Under the pieces are notes generated by a model that saw only the letters and a program-made list of their open reading frames with translations, had not been told where the DNA came from and made no database searches. The position numbers and the translations under genes were made by a program. From Eukaryota sp. TZLM1-RC (lineage: Eukaryota > Protista > Metamonada: BaSk clade): a stretch of DNA of 64,000 bases. The stretch is from contig JAUPSS010000006.1 in the NCBI GenBank assembly GCA_040285825.1, forward strand, positions 1,426,001 through 1,490,000, read 5' to 3'. This document shows, piece by piece, positions 12,531 to 23,959 of the stretch (its first letter is position 1; each line of letters opens with the position of its first letter).

Positions 12531-15500
12531 GTGAAGGCTGTTTACATTATCTTGCACAGTGAAGAAACTGTTGAGATAGAGCCTTTGAAAACCAAGTTAG
12601 CTGACCTCCCTAGTCTCCTTGATGTGAAGCCTTACCCTTATAAAATTAATCTCATTAGTGCCATGTCCTACTATTTAAATTTCGTACCAGATTTTCGTGT
12701 TCATTATCTCTTTGATATAGCCTCGAAAAGATCTATTTGGATGATAGAGTTCTTCGTTAGTGACAAGCGCTTAATGATCAAGAATACAATTCCTATGCTC
12801 TACAAAAACCTTATACAAACTTACTTCAGTCGCATTGAAAATAGGCCCGTTCATTTTCGAGACCTTGATAAAAGTCAAAAAGCCCATTTTCTGAAAAATT
12901 TTCCTTCAGTTTTGCCCAAATCAGTTTCGGAGACCCGTGGGTGTGCTGTTTTGTTCAATTCGGAGGAATTCACATCAATATTGCAACAGTATTCTCATTT
13001 TGTTTACAATTTGTTTGCATATCCGTTTGTAACGTATTTTGATACGGCATCTGAGTCGTTATTTAGTACTTATGAAGCACAACTTGTTCAGTTATCAAAT
13101 ATTAAAACTGCACTACATGTTTCAGCCAGGGAAGATATCAATTGTGCTCCTAGTCAAGTTTCTCCTATTAATGGTAAACCTTGTTATGTTTATAAGATGG
13201 ATGCAAACTTTAATATGCGTAATTTAATCAAAATTTCATTTTGTCAATTATCAAACCTAATTTTCAATTTGTTAAATACTTACGATCCCATTGTCGATTA
13301 CCGCTTCCCTTTTAAACATGCGGCTCTCAATGGGCCTAATCAACATCTCTCCGTCATTAATTTTCAACCTTTCGCCAGCGACGAAGATGCACTTCAAGCT
13401 CTAGAAAATTTTTTTCAAGGAGGTAGGGTACATCCAAGCCTTTTTTCTTATGAATGTGATCATTCAGTTCCAGTACATTCTGGAATGAAAGACATTTGCC
13501 AAGAATTTAGCGACTTATCACCAAAAGGAAAATATGTTACTTGCGTCCAACGGAAATCACCGTGTATTGGACTAACAACTGCTATTTATTTTGCACTATC
13601 GAAATTAAACAATGTGGTTTGTTATCAATTGGAGAAATTTGTGTCTGATACCCCGGACAAAGTATATGAAAGTCTTATCTATATTAACAGTGTAGTTTTA
13701 TTTTGTAAGGATTTGCCGTTGAACAATGTACACAAACTCATGAATACACTTAGCCAGAGACACTTTCAGTTTTTTCATTTGGTGTACATTGGAAACAAGT
13801 TACCGGCCTTGAAAGAAAGGATGTTTCGATACAAAAAATACACGTATGAAATGAATCTTTATAGAGACAATTTTATTTCTACTTTGAACAAACGTTGTGA
13901 TCAATTAAACAAAAAACTAGGACGACATGTTGAAAAAGATTTCTTATATATAGGAATTGCATTATTTAAGAAGAATTTTTCCTTAGCTGAGACTACAGTT
14001 AAGAGTTTGCTCGATTCAATGTGGAAGAAACTGAACGATCGAGATAAAGGACTATTTCTATTTTATTGTCTTGTTTCGGTGACTGGGAAATCAGAACAAT
14101 TTCCCCTTGATTTATTCACTTCTGAAAGATTTCATTCTAATTTTGAAAAGTTGCCTTGTTTTAACAGAATTATTCTCCCTGCTGTTGGAGCTGGTACAGG
14201 TCTATTTTGTATAAATAGAACTGTTGCTGAAATAATTTGTTCTTCTTCAACCAACTCTGGCGAATCAACTATTATGAATGCTTTTCGTCTTCTTTGGGAT
14301 TCTGGAAGCGAAGCATGGTTTCATTCTGTTTTTATAAAGGTTATTCGAAAGTTATTTCTTAATCGAAGAGGTAAAATTAAAATTCAACCAAAAGATGCTT
14401 TTGATCTCTATTTTTAATCCGATGTACTAGCGAAAATCTTCCTTCAGAATTATTATATAGTCAGCTTCAATGTTCGTTTTTGAAAATTTGTGCAAAAGAG
14501 GGATTCGAAGTTGAAAAACTTATAGATGAAGCCATTTGTATTTTTAACAACAGTGGCAAAATTGTTGAAAAATTTGGAGATTACGATGTGCCTGAAGGTT
14601 TTGTTAAAGAACGTCAAATTTCTCAGTTCTTCACTATTCTAGGGGATACATTCCGTTATTTTGCTCAAAATTTGCATTCCAGGAGAGCACACTGTTTGGA
14701 TCTCTCGTTGATTTCCTATCAACAGGCATTGGCTGAGGATTCCGGGTCTACTTTTGCAGCGCATGGATTTTTATTGACATATTGTTGTTGTTATTTTTCG
14801 GGTAGAAATGATTTGGCTAACCGTTTTTCCACCAGCGAGTATCTCACACATGAGTTATTTATTTCTTTAGTTGAAAAATCCCCAGATTCCGTCCTTCAAT
14901 TTGATTCATGGTTTACGAGTATGGGAGAATTTTTGCTGTCTCACAGTTTTGAAGCATTGTCTGATGATGAGCAACTAGCAGTTGGTAGAATATGGTCTTT
15001 TTTCTTCATAAGTAAGATGTTATCTTTTGACGATCGAAATTTGGTTTGGGATAATGATACTGTTGCTGAGTATATCAAAATTCCTCAATCGCGACTATTG
15101 TTGCAACATGATGAAGATGATGATAATTCAGATTGTTTTACATTGGCAACTGTTGTGGAGAAAGACCACCGAAATCTATCTTTAGAGGCAGCTACTCTGT
15201 TTCTTTACGGTGAAACTGATTGTGAATCTGTATTTAATAATTTGGAAGATGTTTTCACTAGTAGTAGTAGTAAAAACTGTACACTAACTACAATGCTCCA
15301 ATTATATTTTAAGCCTGAGTTATTCCGATCCAAGAATTTCAACATTGTTCTTATTGATGACCAATTTATAAATCAACAATCCTGTTATCTTGAACTAAGA
15401 GATTCCAAATATAGGCTGTGTAAGGCACAGCAGGATTCTTACATGTTCATGCCAGCTGCGTTGACCAAAGACAGTGTAGGCAGCATGAATGTGAGAACTC

Positions 15501-15604
15501 TATCAAATGACCAATTGCCCGTCACAGTATTTTGTGATTCAAATGCTATTATTATTTTCTCCAAAAATAAACCCTACCTTAAAATTTCACCAAAAACCCT
15601 GTGA
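12531..15604 (+). CDS. Gene X copy 3 (type B), full length; single 1-bp shift in a T-run at ~14416
   Basis: ORFs 12531..14417 and 14480..15604 join if the T-run has one more T, as in copy 4. Confidence 0.75.
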
Positions 15605-15789
15605 TTGTTTATTAAGGTAGATGAGTCTATTTAAAAAGCTTAGTTTTTGTTTATATTTGAAAAACCCTGCTCTTTCACAACTTCCACAATGTTTCAGAAC
15701 ATATGCATGAACCATTGCGAATGAGTTTTCATCGGTTACCTTATCTTATATTTGTTGTTATATGTTATAGACTATTTTATTTTTTGCAT

Positions 15790-16098
15790 AAATATGTTTG
15801 AACATTCCTATTGATCAATTATCACTAAAAAGTGTATTCAAATTCACCACAGCTCACTTTGCATCATGCTCTGAATTGTTCTAAATTGATAACTTATCGT
15901 TCTTCATAACATGATGCTGTTAGAGGCACTGTGTTCAATATGGCATGAACTGCCTGAATCTGGTGTATTAAAGAGCCTCTGGTGAAAGATGAACTGTCAT
16001 TGAATATTTTTAGTTGATGACAGGGGTGATATATAATGCGATAGGGTTGCGGACTCTAAAGCTGCTGTTGACGTTGTCTTCTGTAATGTGCCAAATGA
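15790..16098 (+). mobile_element. Degraded CRE zinc-knuckle/RLE fragment at the start of the L spacer (also ~24145, ~38838, ~52958, ~63348)
   Basis: Translates HALNC..RSS*HDAVRGTVFNMA*TA*IWCIKEPL...DRGDI...VDVVFCNV, homologous to the S-spacer ORF. Confidence 0.7.
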
Positions 16099-16710
16099 GA
16101 ATTAGTTTTTTGTCAATTTGAATTTTATTAAGTGTTGTAGTTCAATAAAACAATTCAATTATGTAAGGAGGTTGAAACAATTTTTTTTCTTATTGTTACA
16201 AATATTTGTTGCGAAACTCTTTTGAGGAAATTCAGCAATTGACACATGGTTATAAAACACGAGATCACAATCCAAGGAATAAATTGGATTTGTTGAGTTG
16301 GCATTCATCTTAATGAATGTTTAGTGGAATTACTTCTTATTAATTAATACTAAGTAATATTTTTTGTAGTTTCCATTTTACAGGATTATAAAGATTGACT
16401 GGAGTTTGCTCAGTTGGGTTTTTTTCTGTAGTTATAAAAACATAATTCATTTTTGAGTCAAAATCAAAAATAATTCTTGTATTTCAGTACCCAGACTTAA
16501 TAGCACTCAATTTATTGAACCAACATTCCCTGTGTTTTTGAAATGAACTGAGGAGAGAATGAAACACAAATTTCAAATTATGAGCCATTTTGATAGAGCA
16601 TCAGCACTTGAATGAGTAAATCGTATATGTGTAATTACGGGTAATGTTGCTTTCTAAATAATTATTTTAAATGAATTAACGTTTAAAGATTACGGTTAAC
16701 TTTATAGAAC

Positions 16711-17343
16711 ATCTTCAATTTAGATTTTAAGAATGCTTTCAATTCTGTATCTCGTTCTTCCATTTTACCTTTGCTGCAAAAGCATTTTCCTGAAATTGAG
16801 CCTTTTTTCTATTCATTTTATGGAAAATCATCCACATTGGTCTATGAAAACTTTGACCTGTTTTCGTCTTCAGGTGTTAAACAAGGTGATCCACTTGGTC
16901 CTTTTTTCTTTTGTCTGGCGATTCATCCATTAATGTGCGAATTGAAAGAAAAATTCCCAGAAATAGATATTGTAGCATATATGGATGACATTTCTGTAAT
17001 TTTAACGCCGAAAAAAAGAAGATAAAAAAATATGAAGAACCTTTGGCACAGTTAGGTAGAGTGGAACATGTGAAATATCAGTTTGTGCCGTTTGCAATTT
17101 CTCTTTTTGGCAATATTGGACCTTCAGGGTTGCACTTTTTGAAAATTTCAAAAAGTGTTACTGAATAGGTCTGGTAAAACAATGAACTCCACTTTCTGGA
17201 TAAATAGAATTGTTTTCTGCATTTTCAAGTCTATTCCAACATTGATTTCAAAGGCGCTTTTAGCTATTGGTGTAGAATATGAACGTAATGCTGTGAGTAG
17301 GTTCAGTAATAGTGACGCTTGTTTGGAGGATATTGAATTCTAG
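16711..17343 (+). mobile_element. Internally deleted CRE-clade element: RT core fused to an RLE C-terminus
   Basis: LDFKNAFNSVSR...GVKQGDPLGP...AYMDD, followed immediately by KKKIKKY...FVPFAISLFGNIG...FWINRI. Confidence 0.88.
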
Positions 17344-18149
17344 ATGGTTTTTTTATCTCAATAATTATTCCAGTTTTAAAAATAAATTAAAGTATTATAA
17401 AATTTTTTTTATAGAACTATTTACAATAATTAATCACAAATTGATATCAATACATTCCCTCTACCACGATACTGAAAGTTTTGTTTTTTGAACTGGGTCC
17501 ATCCAAACAGTGATCAGTTGGTGATACAATTTTGTTATGGTTTTTTGTGCTGTTGCCAGCATAAATTTTGCTTATTAAAAAGACGGCTTAACCTCAAGGA
17601 AATTGTGTAAATTTTTTTATTAATTGAGAAACAGAATTATGTATATGGGTTGATGAAAAATTCTTCCAGTATTTCCTCAAATGAGATATTTTGTTCAATA
17701 AGTACTGTGCAAATACTGTAATAAATATGAATATAATATACTATATATAATAATTATATTGTGCAACCTTGCCAATCCAAATGTCTTTAATATAAAGTCT
17801 TGGATCATTTGTTTTAAGGTTATTTATTGAACTCAATCAATCAACCTGTGTCGTCTAGTATGGGAAATATATGGTTTTGAATGCTCAATACAAAACGACT
17901 GATCAGAAAATCGAATGTACGACCACTTTCTTTGAGAAGATTTCCTAAATCATTTGAAAAATTGAGATCTAAAAAAATGGCCGTGTTCTTCCTGATGCCC
18001 AAGAAGCAAAAATCTTGTTCAGTTCTTCAACTGCTTATTCTTCCTCCTGTAAGGTTTTAACTGCACTATTTTCGGTCTTTCGTTTCCTTTTTCAATGGTC
18101 ACATCATTCTGAAGCAGATGAATCGAATTTCATTGAGTACTGTTATCTC

Positions 18150-19445
18150 TTTGACCATTTTTTGGAAATCATTCAAAAAAGTTTCTGCTTCATCTGATAA
18201 TCTTCCATTTATCGAAAATAGGAAAGCAATAAAAACCAGCTGTGTATTTCTATCAACATTAGCCTCCTCAGTATCTGTATCATATTTTCTATGTCTTTCT
18301 TTTGCTTTAAAATCAAGAACACTTACAGGACCAAGTTTTCCTCTGTGAACAACAGTATCATTTGCATCATTACATGAGACAAAGTCAAAAGTAGCTTCAG
18401 AATTATCAATCCAATCACAGTATACAGCAACTTTATCACCACAACCAAAATAATTCTGAGAACGTGTTTGCTTTAGCAGAGGCTCTTTGTTACACGATAT
18501 GCTTACAGTTTGTGCTATATTGAAAAGAGTGTCTCTAGCAGGATCATGTAATGAAGAACGATAAGTTATCAATTTAGAACAATTCAGAGCATGGCGCAAA
18601 GTGAGTTGAGGTGAATTCGAACAAATACATTTTTCTTTTGATAATAGTTGATTAATGGGGATATTCAAATATAATCTCATTTTTATTACAAATGCATCAT
18701 TAGTAACACACAGTCCAAATCTTCGTGGTACAATTTTTACAAAAAGTGAAGAATCTGATGACTGGCATTCACAAACACCCTTTTCCAATAACAATGAGTG
18801 AAGATTTTGATTTAAAACAGCCGAGCTGCATATATATATTATAAAGATCAGTTTCATACATTCCAGTCAATCGTTTCTAAAATGTTCGAAGAGTGTATTT
18901 TAAATTTAATAGATTCTTTTCTGGAATATTGCAATACAATGATGGAAAGCATCGACTCCATTTTTCTACATCAATTTTTGAAATTTCTTTATTTAATACG
19001 AAAACAGTAGAACTTTGCGTTATAAAAAATTTTCCCGATCTGCAAATATTTCGGAAAACTCAAAGATTGCGTTTTTGCATCCCCCAATAAAAACACACGA
19101 AGTCAGAATAGAAGCCCTCATCCAACTTAAACCGCCATAATGTGGACTAAGGTAAGCATGGTCTGGAATTTAGAACATTTTACATCCCAGAAATTGTGAC
19201 AAAACATTTGCACCTAACTCATCAAACTTCTGAGCCAAAGGCCTAGTGGAAAGAGGATTTTTAGATCGAAATATATGATTGAAGTTGGAATTAAAACACA
19301 GTCTTCTAATGGTAAATTTGATATGTCTCTGTACATCTATGGTCATCATTCGGTCAATTGTATCGGAAATTGAGTTCAACTTTTTAAACATTTTTTTGGT
19401 AATGTCATCATTATTTCCTAAAAACGAACCCAAATGACGAATAGC
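18150..19445 (-). mobile_element. Inverted CRE-clade fragment (RT thumb/linker, CxC...HxxxC knuckle, RLE), L spacer 1
   Basis: RHLGSFLG...NHIFRS, then MRLYLNIP...CICSNSPQLTLRHALNC...HDPARD. Confidence 0.85.
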
Positions 19446-19842
19446 ATCAATTGAATATAATTCGGCTTGAGGTATAATTATAATACAGTTTGAACAACAT
19501 CATGATTTTGAAGCAAATTTGTAGTCCAAATGTTGATATTCCTTTGTGCTATTTTACAAAAATCATAAGGTATTTCAATCTGTTCATGTTACTGCAGTGT
19601 TTTCAAAATTGTTTTTGCAAATGGTTAATTTATCAACTTCCATTCAGGTATTAAATAGAATTAGTTTTTTGTCAATTTAAACTTAATTTTAAATTTAAGT
19701 GTTGTAGTTTAATAATGTAATTCAATTATGTCTGGAGGTTGAAACAATTTTTTTCTTATTGCTACATATAATTGTTGGGAAACTCTTTTGCGGAAATAAT
19801 AAGCTGAGATGAGATGATGATGCAAGGGATTTGTATTTGATG

Positions 19843-19924
19843 TAGGGTTGGACGATGCGTATCCGTAACTGTTACGTTACGTTAAATAACAGTAACTGGT
19901 ACGTATTCTGAGCTCCAACCGCAA
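19843..19924. repeat. ~80 bp imperfect palindrome (MITE-like/hairpin), also ~29033, 42981, 57111
   Basis: Nested inverted pairs ggttgga/tccaacc, atgcgta/tacgtat and actgtta/taacagt. Confidence 0.6.
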
Positions 19925-20169
19925 CAACCACATTGCTACAATTCTGGGCACAGAATCTAACCTCGAAAACAGTATAAAACTGAATGTACGACCACTTTCT
20001 GTGAGAAGATTTCCTAAATCATCTAATCAATTGAGATCTTCAGTTCCAAGGGTACCAAAAAATTGAAAATGCAATTGGAACAAATTTTATGTTTCTGTCC
20101 CTTTTTTCCTTTTTTTGTCGCTTTTTTGAAAGTCATTCAAAATTGCACTGGTTTAATTTCTCAGCAACC

Positions 20170-20365
20170 AAGGCTATTCGGTCTTCACCTAACAAATGAA
20201 TCTTGAAAACAAAACATGCGTTTGAGATTAGGGCTGTATCCAAGTGGACTTTTGAATAATTTGCTTGTATTTGTAACAAAAAACCGTCTGTCAATTTCCG
20301 TCGTATTGTGAGTTGTAAGAAATTTCTTCAATATCGGCCAGTTCTTCATAATGCTGTTCGTGATC
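20170..20365 (+). mobile_element. Zinc-knuckle fragment of a second CRE-like family upstream of type A heads (also 1..98, ~29360, ~43310, ~57443)
   Basis: RLFGLHLTNES*KQNMRLRLG, then CICNKKPSVNFRRIVSCKKFLQYRPVLHNAVRD. This aligns by eye with RRFGLCVTND..MRLYL..CICSNSP..HALNC..YRSSLHDPARD. Confidence 0.7.
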
Positions 20366-20653
20366 CTAAGAATTATTCACAGTTTGGGTTTGTACATTAA
20401 GAGTAGAACCTTTGCAGCCACCAAGTAAAATAAGCTTCGGATGAATTAACTTCTCAACTGTTGAGAAACTTTTGTGTGGAATTCACCAAGGTAAAAGACT
20501 CTAGAAAGTGCAATGATTTCAGAATTGTTGCTCGTATGATATCAAAAAGGAGCTCATGTTTGAGACTTTTCCGGAATTCAGTGTCTAACGTAAAGAAAGA
20601 AGAATGAATACGTATAACAAAGGATATGGAGTTGTGTGATGAGATGATGATGC

Positions 20654-23600
20654 TTGGAAATGCAGCTTTTTGTACTTACTTCTGAGATGCATCGATCAAA
20701 TATACTTCACACCCTGCGCTCGTGGTTTTCTTCAGTACCTGTGGAGCAAGACCACCTAGATCTCAAAAGATCCAACCCCTTTCAATCGTATCCAAGCACT
20801 ACATTTGAATCTACCCACAAGTCTTTCCTTCACACAATCTGTGGTCTTCATAATACTTTGAATCCTTTTGTCACAGAGAACAACATGAAAGCTGTTTACA
20901 TTATCTTGCTCAGTGAAGAATCTGTTGAGATAGAGCCTTTCAAAACCAAGTTAGCTGACCTCCCTAGTCTCCCTGATATGAAGCCTTACCCTTATAAAAT
21001 TAATCTCATTAGTGCCATGTCCTACTATTTGAATTTCGTACCAGATTTTCGTGTTCATTATCTCTTTGATATAGCCTCGAAAAGATCTATTTGGATGATA
21101 GAGTTCTTCGTTAGTGACAAGTGCTTAATGATCAAGAATACAATTCCTATGCTCTACAAAAACCTTATACAAACTTACTTCAGTCGCATTGAAAATAGGT
21201 CTGTTCTTTTTCGAGACCTTGATGAAAGTCAAAAAGCCCAGTTTCTGACAAATTTTCCTTCAGTTTTGCCCAAATCAGTTTCGGAGACCCGTGGGTGTGC
21301 TGTTTTGTTCAATTCGGAGGAATTCACATCAATATTGCAACAATATTCTCATTTTGTTTACAATTTGTTTGCATATCCATTTGTAACGTATTTTGATACG
21401 GCATCTGAGTCGTTATTTAGTACTTATGAAGCACAACTTGTTGAGTTATCAAATATTAAAGCTGCACTACATGTTTCAGCCAGGGAAGATATCAATTGTG
21501 CTCCTAGTCAAGTTTCTCCTATTAATGGTAAACCTTGTTATGTTTATAAGATGGATCCAAACTTTAATATGCGTAATTTAATCAAAATTTCATTTTGTCA
21601 ATTATCAAACCTAATTTTCAATTTGTTAAATACTTACGATCCCATTGTCGATTACCGCTTCCCTTTTAAACATGCGGCTCTCAATGGGCCTAATCAACAT
21701 CTCTCCGTCATTAATTTTCAACCTTTCGCCAGCGACGAAGATGCACTTCAAGCTCTAGAAAATTTTTTTCAAGGAGGTAGGGTACATCCAAGCCTTTTTT
21801 CTTATGAATGTGATCATTCAGTTCCAGTACATTCTGGAATGAAAGACATTTGCCAAGAATTTAGCGACTTATCACCAAAAGGAAAATATGTTACTTGCGT
21901 CCAACGGAAATCACCGTGTATTGGACTAACAACTGCTATTTATTTTGCATTATCGAAATTAAACAATGTGGTTTGTTATCAATTGGAGAAATTTGTGTCT
22001 GATACCCCGGACAAAGTATATGAAAGTCTTATCTATATTAACAGTGTAGTTTTATTTTGTAAGGATTTGCCGTTGAACAATGTACACAAACTCATGAATA
22101 CACTTAGCCAGAGACACTTTCAGTTTTTTCATTTGGTGTACATTGGAAACAAGTTACCGGCCTTGAAAGAAAGGATGTTTCGATACAAAAAATACACGTA
22201 TGAAATGAATCTTTATAGAGACAATTTTATTTCTACTTTGAACAAACGTTGTGATCAATTAAACAAAAAACTAGGACGACATGTTGAAAAAGATTTCTTA
22301 TATATAGGAATTGCATTATTTAAGAAGAGTTTTTCCTTAGCTGAGACTACAGTTAAGAGTTTGCTCGATTCAATGTGGAAGAAACTGAACGATCGAGATA
22401 AAGGACTATTTCTATTTTATTGTCTTGTTTCGGTGACTGGGAAATCAGAACAATTTCCCCTTGATTTATTCACTTCTGAAAGATTTCATTCTAATTTTGA
22501 AAAGTTGCCTTGTTTTAACAGAATTATTCTCCCTGCTGTTGGAGCTGGTACAGGTCTATTTTGTATAAATAGAACTGTTGCTGAAATAATTTGTTCTTCT
22601 TCAACCAACTCTGGCGAATCAACTATTATGAATGCTTTTCGTCTTCTTTGGGATTCTGGAAGCGAAGCATGGTTTCATTCTGTTTTTATAAAGGTTATTC
22701 GAAAGTTATTTCTTAATCGAAGAGGTAAAATTAAAATTCAACCAAAAGATGCTTTTGATCTCTATTTTTTAATCCGATGTACTAGCGAAAATCTTCCTTC
22801 AGAATTATTATATAGTCAGCTTCAATGTTCGTTTTTGAAAATTTGTGCAAAAGAGGGATTCGAAGTTGAAAAACTTATAGATGAAGCCATTTGTATTTTT
22901 AACAACAGTGGCAAAATTGTTGAAAAATTTGGAGATTACGATGTGCCTGAAGGTTTTGTTAAAGAACGTCAAATTTCTCAGTTCTTCACTATTCTAGGGG
23001 ATACATTCCGTTATTTTGCTCAAAATTTGCATTCCAGGAGAGCACACTGTTTGGATCTCTCGTTGATTTCCTATCAACAGGCATTGGCTGAGGATTCCGG
23101 GTCTACTTTTGCAGCGCATGGATTTTTATTGACATATTGTTGTTGTTATTTTTCGGGTAGAAATGATTTGGCTAACCGTTTTTCCACCAGCGAGTATCTC
23201 ACACATGAGTTATTTATTTCTTTAGTTGAAAAATCCCCAGATTCCGTCCTTCAATTTGATTCATGGTTTACGAGTATGGGAGAATTTTTGCTGTCTCACA
23301 GTTTTGAAGCATTGTCTGATGATGAGCAACTAGCAGTTGGTAGAATATGGTCTTTTTTCTTCATAAGTAAGATGTTATCTTTTGACGATCGAAATTTGGT
23401 TTGGGATAATGATACTGTTGCTGAGTATATCAAAATTCCTCAATCGCGACTATTGTTGCAACATGATGAAGATGATGATAATTCAGATTGTTTTACATTG
23501 GCAACTGTTGTGGAGAAAGACCACCGAAATCTATCTTTAGAGGCAGCTACTCTGTTTCTTTACGGTGAAACTGATTGTGAATCTGTATTTAATAATTTGG

Positions 23601-23959
23601 AAGATGTTTTCACTAGTAGTAGTAGTAAAAACTGTACACTAACTACAATGCTCCAATTATATTTTAAGCCTGATTTATTCCGATCCAAGAATTTCAACAT
23701 TGTTCTTATTGATGACCAATTTATAAATCAACAATCCTGTTATCTTGAACTAAGAGATTCCAAATATAGGCTGTGTAAGGCACAGCAGGATTCTTACATG
23801 TTCATGCCAGCTGCGTTGACCAAAGACAGTGTAGGCAGCATGAATGTGAGAACTCTATCAAATGACCAATTGCCCGTCACAGTATTTTGTGATTCAAATG
23901 CTATTATTATTTTCTCCAAAAATAAACCCTACCTTAAAATTTCACCAAAAACCCTGTGA
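20654..23959 (+). CDS. Gene X copy 4 (type A head), intact; putative divergent SAMD9-like protein (SIR2-like + degenerate STAND NTPase + TPR-like)
   Basis: 1101-codon ORF with no stops in very AT-rich DNA. Homology between all copies starts at ATG 20885. Motifs ENFFQGGRV (21758), RKSPCIGLTT (21905), SVVLFCKDL (22043), FLYIGIALFKKSF, IRKLFLNRR and SQFFTILGDTFRY. CDS confidence is high; the family call is about 0.6. Confidence 0.85.
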   Translation: MEMQLFVLTSEMHRSNILHTLRSWFSSVPVEQDHLDLKRSNPFQSYPSTTFESTHKSFLHTICGLHNTLNPFVTENNMKAVYIILLSEESVEIEPFKTKLADLPSLPDMKPYPYKINLISAMSYYLNFVPDFRVHYLFDIASKRSIWMIEFFVSDKCLMIKNTIPMLYKNLIQTYFSRIENRSVLFRDLDESQKAQFLTNFPSVLPKSVSETRGCAVLFNSEEFTSILQQYSHFVYNLFAYPFVTYFDTASESLFSTYEAQLVELSNIKAALHVSAREDINCAPSQVSPINGKPCYVYKMDPNFNMRNLIKISFCQLSNLIFNLLNTYDPIVDYRFPFKHAALNGPNQHLSVINFQPFASDEDALQALENFFQGGRVHPSLFSYECDHSVPVHSGMKDICQEFSDLSPKGKYVTCVQRKSPCIGLTTAIYFALSKLNNVVCYQLEKFVSDTPDKVYESLIYINSVVLFCKDLPLNNVHKLMNTLSQRHFQFFHLVYIGNKLPALKERMFRYKKYTYEMNLYRDNFISTLNKRCDQLNKKLGRHVEKDFLYIGIALFKKSFSLAETTVKSLLDSMWKKLNDRDKGLFLFYCLVSVTGKSEQFPLDLFTSERFHSNFEKLPCFNRIILPAVGAGTGLFCINRTVAEIICSSSTNSGESTIMNAFRLLWDSGSEAWFHSVFIKVIRKLFLNRRGKIKIQPKDAFDLYFLIRCTSENLPSELLYSQLQCSFLKICAKEGFEVEKLIDEAICIFNNSGKIVEKFGDYDVPEGFVKERQISQFFTILGDTFRYFAQNLHSRRAHCLDLSLISYQQALAEDSGSTFAAHGFLLTYCCCYFSGRNDLANRFSTSEYLTHELFISLVEKSPDSVLQFDSWFTSMGEFLLSHSFEALSDDEQLAVGRIWSFFFISKMLSFDDRNLVWDNDTVAEYIKIPQSRLLLQHDEDDDNSDCFTLATVVEKDHRNLSLEAATLFLYGETDCESVFNNLEDVFTSSSSKNCTLTTMLQLYFKPDLFRSKNFNIVLIDDQFINQQSCYLELRDSKYRLCKAQQDSYMFMPAALTKDSVGSMNVRTLSNDQLPVTVFCDSNAIIIFSKNKPYLKISPKTL

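Noticed and set aside
16711-17025. RT as a retron, DGR, group II intron or defence RT
   Set aside because: The GVKQGDPLGP/AYMDD motifs and neighbouring knuckle/RLE pieces indicate a CRE-type non-LTR element. The fragment is under 100 aa, and I saw no template/variable repeat pair with adenine-specific differences.
20654-20884. 77-aa N-terminal extension of type A copies as a conserved domain
   Set aside because: It is absent from B copies and has no recognisable motif. It may be a fortuitous open frame, so the true start (20660 vs 20885) is left unresolved.
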